Below, in pieces: positions 25,746 through 32,000 of a DNA stretch of 32,000 nucleotides (within the stretch, counting starts at the first letter, position 1; every line of letters begins with the position of its first letter). The notes beneath the pieces are model-generated. The model searched no databases and had not been told where the DNA came from. It saw nothing but the letters and a program-made list of their open reading frames with translations. The stretch comes from Psychrobacter sp. HD31 (GTDB taxonomy: Bacteria > Pseudomonadota > Gammaproteobacteria > Pseudomonadales > Moraxellaceae): the NCBI RefSeq assembly GCF_051097895.1, contig NZ_CP142525.1, forward strand, positions 1 to 32,000, read 5' to 3'. The position numbers were made by a program, and so were the translations under genes.

Positions 25746-27389
25746 ATGATTTCTTATCAAGAACATATAGAACAGTTTGATTTGCAAAAGTTAGAGTCAG
25801 AAATTTTAAATGGCAGTCGAGAAGGCGGTATAAACGCTTACATCGAATGTTGTGGTCGCCATGCTCAATCAGATAAAGCCAATAAAACGGCATTAGTGCA
25901 TGAAGATACAAATGAGGTTACCAGCAAATACACTTATGCTCAGCTTGATGAAATGAGTGGAAAAATGGCAAATTTACTGACCGAGTTGGGCGTTAAAGCT
26001 GGCGATAGAGTGTCTACAATGTTGCCTCGTAATCCAACATTACTGGCGGTAATTTTGGGTACTTGGAGAATTGGTGGGGTATATCAGCCATTATTTACAG
26101 CTTTTGGCGTAGAGGCAATTGAATATCGCTTAGATAAAGCGGATACCAAGGTAGTATTCACCAATGCTGAAAACCGTGAAAAGTTTAATGAAATTAGTAA
26201 CCTACCAAAAATGGTGGTGGTTGGCTCAGAACAAGAAGCCAAACAACACGAAGATGTACATTTTGACGCTGCTTTTGCAAGACAACCATCAGACTTTGAT
26301 ACCGTAATGCTAAAGGGTGATTCGCCGTTTTTACAAATGTTTACGTCTGGTACGGTTGGTAAATCAAAAGGGGTATCGGTTCCGCTTAATGCGTTAACTG
26401 CATTTTATATTTATATGCATGATGCCATTGGTCTGCGTGAAGATGATAACTATTGGAATATGGCAGATCCAGGCTGGGCGTACGGCTTGTATTATGCAAT
26501 TACAGGACCATTGCTGTTAGGTGCAACCACGCACTTTAATGAGCATGCATTTTCTGCGGAGCAAACCTTAGCGTTTATGAAAGCACACAAAATTAGTAAC
26601 TTAGCTTCTGCACCAACGGCTTATCGAATGATGAAATCAAGCGGGGTATTTGATGGTAAAGCACAGGAGTTAAGCGCTTTAAAACGTGCAAACTCAGCAG
26701 GTGAAACTTTAAATACCGAGGTTGTTAACTGGGTGAATTATAACTTGGGTTGCCCAGTGATGGATCAATATGGTCAAACTGAAACGGGTATGACTTGCTG
26801 TGCTCACCATTCTTTAGAGCACCCAACACCTGTAGGCTCTATGGGGATGCCAATGCCCGGGCATGAATTGATTGTTTTAGATGATGACTTTAACGAAGTA
26901 CCTGTAGGTGAACCTGGTCAGTTAGCTGTGGTTGTGAGTAAATCACCAGCATTTTATTTTACTGGCTATACATGGAATGAAAAAAACCCATTCCACGGTG
27001 ACTATTACCTAACAGGCGATATCGTTGAGAAACATGACGATGGTACATATTGGTTTTCTGGTCGAGATGATGACATTATTATTACTGCTGGTTACCGAGT
27101 TGGTCCTACCGATGTAGAAAATGTGATGATGGAGCATGAAGCCATTGCAGAGTCTGCGGCTGTGGGTATCCCTGAAGAGTTGCGTGGTCATATTATTAAA
27201 GCGTTTGTTGTACTAAAAGATGGATATGAGGCGAGTGAAAAGCTAGAAAAAGAAATCAAAGGTATTGTACATGATCGTCTTTCTGCCCACTGTTATCCTC
27301 GTATTGTTGAGTTTGTCGAGGCATTACCTAAAACACCAAGCGGTAAGGTACAACGTTTTATGCTGCGTAACATGAGTGTGGCGCATTAA
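25746..27389 (+). CDS. AMP-forming acyl-CoA synthetase (medium/short-chain, MACS-like); substrate unknown
   Basis: 547-aa ORF. Adenylation motifs FTSGTVGKSKG, DQYGQTETG, GDIVEKHDDGTYWFSGRDDDIIITAGYRVGPTDVE and PKTPSGKVQR. Starts 69 nt after dctM with no terminator between them. Confidence 0.85.
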   Translation: MISYQEHIEQFDLQKLESEILNGSREGGINAYIECCGRHAQSDKANKTALVHEDTNEVTSKYTYAQLDEMSGKMANLLTELGVKAGDRVSTMLPRNPTLLAVILGTWRIGGVYQPLFTAFGVEAIEYRLDKADTKVVFTNAENREKFNEISNLPKMVVVGSEQEAKQHEDVHFDAAFARQPSDFDTVMLKGDSPFLQMFTSGTVGKSKGVSVPLNALTAFYIYMHDAIGLREDDNYWNMADPGWAYGLYYAITGPLLLGATTHFNEHAFSAEQTLAFMKAHKISNLASAPTAYRMMKSSGVFDGKAQELSALKRANSAGETLNTEVVNWVNYNLGCPVMDQYGQTETGMTCCAHHSLEHPTPVGSMGMPMPGHELIVLDDDFNEVPVGEPGQLAVVVSKSPAFYFTGYTWNEKNPFHGDYYLTGDIVEKHDDGTYWFSGRDDDIIITAGYRVGPTDVENVMMEHEAIAESAAVGIPEELRGHIIKAFVVLKDGYEASEKLEKEIKGIVHDRLSAHCYPRIVEFVEALPKTPSGKVQRFMLRNMSVAH

Positions 27390-27417
27390 AACAGATTTTT
27401 TTAAATGTAAATAAAAG

Positions 27418-27456
27418 TTGAGTGCGGTTTTACAAGCATATTTTAACCGCACTCAA
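27418..27456 (+). other. Perfect 12-bp stem-loop in the ligase-SDR intergenic region (no downstream U-tract)
   Basis: TTGAGTGCGGTT (27418-27429) pairs with AACCGCACTCAA (27445-27456), 15-nt loop. Followed by AATTAATC, so it is not a canonical intrinsic terminator. Confidence 0.6.
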
Positions 27457-27487
27457 AATTAATCTATTGTGAAATATAGAGGGATGT

Positions 27488-28249
27488 ATGCAAATTAAGA
27501 ATAAAACTTTTTTGGTCACGGGTGGTGCTTCTGGTCTTGGTGAAGCAACCGTCCGTTATTTAGTAGCGCAAGGCGCAAATGCCATTATTGCAGACTTAAA
27601 TGAAGAAGCTGGGCATAAACTGGCGAGTGAATTGAGCAATAATACAATATTTGCCAAATGTGACGTGACTTCAGAAGAGGCAGTACAAGCAGCTATTGAG
27701 GCTGGTGTTACTAAGTTTAATAGTTTAAATGGATCTATTAATTGTGCGGGCATTGTTGTTGTGCAAAAGCTGTTGGATCGTGAAGGCAACCCAGCTGATT
27801 TAGCCAAATTTAGCAAAGGGATAGAGATTAACCTTGTGGGAACATTTAATGTGGCACGCTTGGTTGCTGCTCAAATTGTTAAACAACAAACTGATGAAGA
27901 AGATAAAGGCATCATCATTAATACCGCTTCTATTGCAGCCTTTGATGGACAAGTAGGGCAGGGCAGTTATTCGGCTTCAAAATCTGGAGTTGTGGGCTTA
28001 AACTTACCGCTGGCTCGTGAGTTGGCTCGTTATGGTATTCGTGTCATGACCATTGCTCCAGGTGTATTTGGTACCCCCATGATGTCAAAAATACCTGACG
28101 AAGCTCGTCATGCTCTTGAGCAATCTGTCCCTTATCCTAAACGTCTTGGTGCACCAGAAGAGTTTGCCAAGTTATGTGCTCATATCATCGATAACTCGTA
28201 TCTCAATGGCGAAACGATACGTGTTGATGGTGCCATACGTATGGCATGA
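27488..28249 (+). CDS. Short-chain dehydrogenase/reductase, 3-hydroxyacyl-CoA dehydrogenase type-2 (HADH2/FadB2x)-like
   Basis: 253-aa ORF. TGGASGLGEAT cofactor motif, NTASIAAF and the YSASKSGV catalytic Y...K. Overall resemblance to 3-hydroxy-2-methylbutyryl-CoA dehydrogenase-type SDRs. Confidence 0.8.
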   Translation: MQIKNKTFLVTGGASGLGEATVRYLVAQGANAIIADLNEEAGHKLASELSNNTIFAKCDVTSEEAVQAAIEAGVTKFNSLNGSINCAGIVVVQKLLDREGNPADLAKFSKGIEINLVGTFNVARLVAAQIVKQQTDEEDKGIIINTASIAAFDGQVGQGSYSASKSGVVGLNLPLARELARYGIRVMTIAPGVFGTPMMSKIPDEARHALEQSVPYPKRLGAPEEFAKLCAHIIDNSYLNGETIRVDGAIRMA

Positions 28250-28509
28250 TGATAAAAATATACTGAATGGGCATGATGTGTTTGCCAAAATTATACATGC
28301 TCAAAGTAAGCAAACTCAGTAATCGGATGCTCAGTTAGTGTGGTTAAAGACGTTAATTAAAAATAGGGGTTGTAAAGCTTATGATATAACTTGGTGTGTG
28401 CAACACACCTGACGGTTGTTAATTTTTTTTAAAAATGAAGGATTAGTCAATGAGTAAATAGTTAAAGACTATTTGCTTGAATAAAGGAATGTAAGACAAG
28501 GAATCTATT

Positions 28510-30495
28510 ATGGAATATTCATTAGTTTATCAACAGTCATTAAAAGATAAGGAAACTTTTTGGGCTGAGCAGTCTAAACGTATATATTGGCACCAGCAAC
28601 CTGAGCAAATTTTAGATGATAGTAAATCACCACATACTAAATGGTTTGTTGGTGGTAAGACCAATCTTTGCTATAACGCGGTTGACCGTCATTTAACTAC
28701 TCGCCCAGAGCAAGATGCTTTTGTTTGGGTATCGACTGAAATAAATTCTGAAATTATTGAAAACTATCCAAACATACCAAAAGCAATCCGCAAGCTAGGT
28801 GGTGGTGTTGAGTTTTATACCGACTACGCAAAGCGTCGCTTAACCTATAACCGTTTATTTAAAGAAGTAAACTACTTTGCGCAAGTACTTAAAAATAATG
28901 GCATAGGTAAAGGCGACCGTGTGGTTATTTATATGCCAATGATTTTAGAGGCAGCTTATGCCATGCTGGCTTGTGCTCGTATTGGGGCAGTGCATTCTGT
29001 GGTATTTGGTGGGTTTGCTGCCCATAACCTTGCAGTGCGTATGGATGATGCCGAGGCAAAAGCCATTGTTACTGTGGATGCCGCGTTGCGTGGTGGTAAG
29101 TTAATTAATTACAAAAATTTGGTTAATAAAGCTGTTGAAGAGGCGAAAGTTAAGCCAGAAAAAGTTGTGGTAGTTGATCGCGGCATTCTTGCTTATGAGC
29201 CTAACCCTTGGGATGTTGATTATGCTTCAGAGCGTGAAGAAATTGTTGATAACAACCCAACTAATGCCGACTTGGTAGATTGCGAGTGGCTAGAATCTAA
29301 TGAGCCATCATACGTATTATACACCTCAGGTACAACGGGTACGCCAAAAGGAGTACAACGAGATGTCGGTGGTCATGCGGTGGCGTTAACAACATCGCTT
29401 GATTACATTTATAACGGTAAAGCAGGCGATACTTTTTGGGCGATTTCTGATATCGGTTGGGTTGTTGGGCACTCTTACTGTGTGTATGGTCCTCTGCTAT
29501 CGGGTATGACCAACATTATGTATGAAGGTTTGCCACACTTACCAAACCCAGGTATTTGGTGGCGCATTATTGAAGCAAACAACGTCAACATTTTATTCAC
29601 AGCGCCAACAGGCGTGCGTATGCTTAAAAAACAAGATGAAAGCTGGCTAACACGTTATGACACCAGCAGTTTAAAAGCGTTTTTCTTAGCGGGTGAACCA
29701 CTGGATGAACCAACGGCTGATTGGTTAACGGCACATCTTGGTATCCCAATTTTAGACCATTACTGGCAGACCGAAACAGGTTGGCCAATTTTGAGCCATA
29801 CGCCGAAGTTTGATAGCTTGCCACACAAAAAAGGTTCTCCTGGTTACCCAATGTATGGCTATGATACCAAGGTAGTTAACGAAGAAACGGGCGAGGTTTG
29901 TGAGCCAAATGAAAAGGGCATGCTCGTAATTCAGGCACCGCTTCCACCAGGTACACTCACGACAGTTTGGGGAGACGACGAACGTTATATCAGTAGTTAT
30001 TACAACCTATTTGATGGTCAAAAATATTCAACCTCAGATTATGCGGTGATGGATGAAGATGGCTATTACTTTATTTTAGGTCGTACCGATGATGTTATTA
30101 ACGTTGCGGGTCACCGATTAGGCACCAAAGAAATCGAAGAAGCAATTAGCCAACACAAACAGGTTGCAGAGTCTGCAGTTGTCGGTACTCACGATGATCT
30201 TAAAGGTGAGCTACCGGTTGCCTATGTGGTGATTAGAGACCATGATATGGTTGAAGAAACGGAATCTCGATTCCGATTAGAGCAAGAAATCATTGGAGAA
30301 GTCGTTAAAAGTTTAGGTGCATTGGCTCGGCCCGCTGCAGTGTATTTCCCAACACACCTTCCTAAAACTCGTTCAGGTAAAATTTTACGCCGTTCTATCC
30401 GTGCTCTAGCTGAAGGTCGTGATGTGGGTGATATTTCAACCATTGATGATCCAACAGCCATTGATGCGGTTAAGCAGGCGATGGAAGATTACTAA
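28510..30495 (+). CDS. prpE: Propionate-CoA ligase-like acyl-CoA synthetase
   Basis: 661-aa ORF. Near-collinear with E. coli PrpE as I remember it (FWAEQ...WFVGGKTNLCYNAVDRHL, ACARIGAVHSVVFGGFA, YTSGTTGTPKGVQRDVGGHAV, DIGWVVGHSY, YWQTETGWPI, GRTDDVINVAGHRLGT.EIEE, PKTRSGKILRR, EGRDVGDISTIDDP). Carries an extra segment of about 30 aa near residue 77-108. Confidence 0.8.
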   Translation: MEYSLVYQQSLKDKETFWAEQSKRIYWHQQPEQILDDSKSPHTKWFVGGKTNLCYNAVDRHLTTRPEQDAFVWVSTEINSEIIENYPNIPKAIRKLGGGVEFYTDYAKRRLTYNRLFKEVNYFAQVLKNNGIGKGDRVVIYMPMILEAAYAMLACARIGAVHSVVFGGFAAHNLAVRMDDAEAKAIVTVDAALRGGKLINYKNLVNKAVEEAKVKPEKVVVVDRGILAYEPNPWDVDYASEREEIVDNNPTNADLVDCEWLESNEPSYVLYTSGTTGTPKGVQRDVGGHAVALTTSLDYIYNGKAGDTFWAISDIGWVVGHSYCVYGPLLSGMTNIMYEGLPHLPNPGIWWRIIEANNVNILFTAPTGVRMLKKQDESWLTRYDTSSLKAFFLAGEPLDEPTADWLTAHLGIPILDHYWQTETGWPILSHTPKFDSLPHKKGSPGYPMYGYDTKVVNEETGEVCEPNEKGMLVIQAPLPPGTLTTVWGDDERYISSYYNLFDGQKYSTSDYAVMDEDGYYFILGRTDDVINVAGHRLGTKEIEEAISQHKQVAESAVVGTHDDLKGELPVAYVVIRDHDMVEETESRFRLEQEIIGEVVKSLGALARPAAVYFPTHLPKTRSGKILRRSIRALAEGRDVGDISTIDDPTAIDAVKQAMEDY

Positions 30496-30526
30496 TTTAG
30501 CTATTGTTTATGGTAAAAATTAAATA

Positions 30527-30551
30527 AAGCTGAGCCAAGGGTTCAGCTTTT
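30527..30551 (+). terminator. Weak terminator-like hairpin after prpE
   Basis: AAGCTGAGCC (30527-30536) pairs with GGTTCAGCTT (30540-30549), including one G-U pair. Only a short T tract before AATAAA. Confidence 0.4.
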
Positions 30552-30614
30552 AATAAACAATTATTAGCATGGTGATAAACACACCTTTAATCCATAAGAC
30601 AAGGAATGTAACTT

Positions 30615-32000
30615 ATGTCAGATGTAAAAACAGTCAAACAGCTTATCAATGGTCAGTTTGTCGAGTCCAACACCAGCGAGTGGATTGACCTAACCAACCC
30701 AGCCAACCAAGAGCTGATTGCCAAAGTACCCCAAACCACCCAAGACGAAATTAATGAAGCGGTGGCGTGTGCCAAAGAGGCATTTAAAACGTGGCGTAAA
30801 ACCGCTGTCACTAAACGTGCAGGGATTTTCTTAAAGTATCAACAGCTGATTAATGAACATATGGATGAATTGGCTGAGATGTTGACCGAAGAACAAGGCA
30901 AAACCATTGCCGATGCTAGGGGCGATGTATTCCGTGGCTTGCAAGTGGTGGAGCATGCAGCAGGGATTGGCAATTTACAACAGGGTGATTTTGTTGAAAA
31001 TGTGGCAACGGGCGTCGATACTTATAGCATTTGGCAACCGCTGGGCGTTTGTGCTGGTATTACGCCGTTTAACTTCCCTGCGATGATTCCACTCTGGATG
31101 TACCCAATGGCGATTGCCACTGGTAATACTTTTGTCTTGAAGCCCTCTGAGCAGAATCCAATGGTGACCATGCGTTTGATTGAGCTTGCCATTGAAGCAG
31201 GTGTGCCAGAAGGCGTACTGAATGTGGTACACGGCGGTAAGCCAACGGTCGATGCGATTTGTGACCACCCTGATATTAAGGCAGTGTCGTTTGTTGGTTC
31301 GACGGCAGTTGGTACGCATGTTTATAACCGTTCAAATGCCGCTGGCAAGCGTGTGCAGTGCATGATGGGAGCAAAAAACCATGCGGTCATTCTACCTGAC
31401 GCCAATAAAGAACAAACTCTAAACCAGTTAGCTGGGGCAGCATTCGGTGCGGCAGGACAGCGTTGTATGGCGCTGTCTGTGGTTGTGCTGGTTGGTCAAG
31501 CAAAAGACTGGGTAGAAGATATTAAAACCAAGGCAGCAAGCTTAGTGGTTGCTGCTGGTAAAGATGACAAAGACTTAGGTCCATTGATTTCACAAAAAGC
31601 GAAGGAACGCTGTGAAAAACTGATTCAACAAGGCGTGGACGAAGGGGCTGAGCTATTGCTAGACGGTCGTGGTGTGGTGGTTGAAGGCTCAGAAAATGGT
31701 AACTTCGTTGGTCCTACTATTTTAAATAATGTCACCAAAGAGATGACCTGCTATACACAAGAAATCTTTGGTCCTGTGTTATGTATCATGTATGTCGATA
31801 GCTTGGATGATGCGATTGAGCTGGTTAATGCCAATCCAAACGGCAATGGTACGGCCATCTTTACTCAATCTGGGGCAGCCGCTCATAAATTCCAGTCGGA
31901 TATTGATGTTGGTCAAGTAGGCATTAACTTGCCAATTCCAGTACCTCTACCAATGTTCTCATTCTCTGGCTCTCGTGCCAGTAAGCTGGGTGATTTAGGA
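30615..32000 (+). CDS. mmsA: CoA-acylating methylmalonate-semialdehyde (malonate-semialdehyde) dehydrogenase; 3' end beyond the window
   Basis: Not in the ORF track (no stop in the window). Open for 462 codons from ATG 30615 (AAGGAA RBS): [42 protein letters not shown]..., [25 protein letters not shown] and the catalytic-Cys context [10 protein letters not shown] typical of MmsA. Confidence 0.9.
   Translation, partial: MSDVKTVKQLINGQFVESNTSEWIDLTNPANQELIAKVPQTTQDEINEAVACAKEAFKTWRKTAVTKRAGIFLKYQQLINEHMDELAEMLTEEQGKTIADARGDVFRGLQVVEHAAGIGNLQQGDFVENVATGVDTYSIWQPLGVCAGITPFNFPAMIPLWMYPMAIATGNTFVLKPSEQNPMVTMRLIELAIEAGVPEGVLNVVHGGKPTVDAICDHPDIKAVSFVGSTAVGTHVYNRSNAAGKRVQCMMGAKNHAVILPDANKEQTLNQLAGAAFGAAGQRCMALSVVVLVGQAKDWVEDIKTKAASLVVAAGKDDKDLGPLISQKAKERCEKLIQQGVDEGAELLLDGRGVVVEGSENGNFVGPTILNNVTKEMTCYTQEIFGPVLCIMYVDSLDDAIELVNANPNGNGTAIFTQSGAAAHKFQSDIDVGQVGINLPIPVPLPMFSFSGSRASKLGDLG

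Noticed and set aside
28110-28322. 70-aa plus-strand ORF overlapping the SDR 3' end and extending into the SDR-prpE gap
   Set aside because: It is out of frame with the SDR gene for most of its length, has no RBS and shows no recognisable motif. The 260-bp gap is better treated as untranslated and regulatory.
28393-28430. GGTGTGT-gca-ACACACC hairpin followed 14 nt later by a T8 run, as the terminator of the SDR gene
   Set aside because: The T-run is too far from the 7-bp stem for a canonical intrinsic terminator. I mention it only as part of the 260-bp gap and do not annotate it.
1-32000. Search for mobile elements, CRISPR arrays, tRNA/rRNA genes, toxin-antitoxin pairs and defence-island signatures
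   Set aside because: I saw no transposase, integrase, recombinase or phage-like ORFs. There are no regularly spaced direct repeats, no tRNA-like cloverleaf ends (GGTTCGAATCC-type) and no large non-coding gap above 500 bp. Gene content is housekeeping and metabolic with uniform composition by eye, so I make no such call.

Overview
By gene content this 32-kb window is ordinary core chromosome of an AT-rich gammaproteobacterium. G+C is about 40% by eye, not computed. The MetX, long-form isocitrate lyase and PrpE sequences resemble, from memory, those of Moraxellaceae (Psychrobacter or Acinetobacter); this is unverified. I support 27 protein-coding genes. I found no rRNA, tRNA, CRISPR array, transposase, integrase, phage gene or recognisable defence gene. 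Left to right: aceA (5' part, minus strand), a divergent LeuO/NodD-like LysR regulator, two tandem paralogous lipoproteins, nhaA, purN and purM, metX-metW, a secreted Sel1-repeat protein, yfhL ferredoxin, a DUF218/YdcF membrane protein, lipA, a YitT-family membrane protein, a carboxymuconolactone-decarboxylase-family protein, acnB, an EstA-like GDSL autotransporter esterase, an ABC1/UbiB-family kinase, a STAS-less SulP permease and a SAM methyltransferase. The last 9.5 kb is a co-directional array: TRAP transporter (dctPQM), AMP-forming acyl-CoA ligase, HADH2-type SDR, PrpE-like ligase and mmsA (3' end cut by the window). That array is the most system-like element; I read it as a short or branched carboxylate uptake and CoA-activation locus of unassigned substrate. 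The most notable non-coding signals are: three perfect co-oriented DnaA boxes in a 490-bp AT-rich spacer (8737-9226); a perfect 29-bp tandem duplication across the dctP stop codon; a strong dctP-dctQ attenuator hairpin; and a 12-bp perfect stem-loop between the first ligase gene and the SDR gene. I do not see convincing evidence for a new defence or mobile system. The findings are leads graded accordingly, not discoveries.
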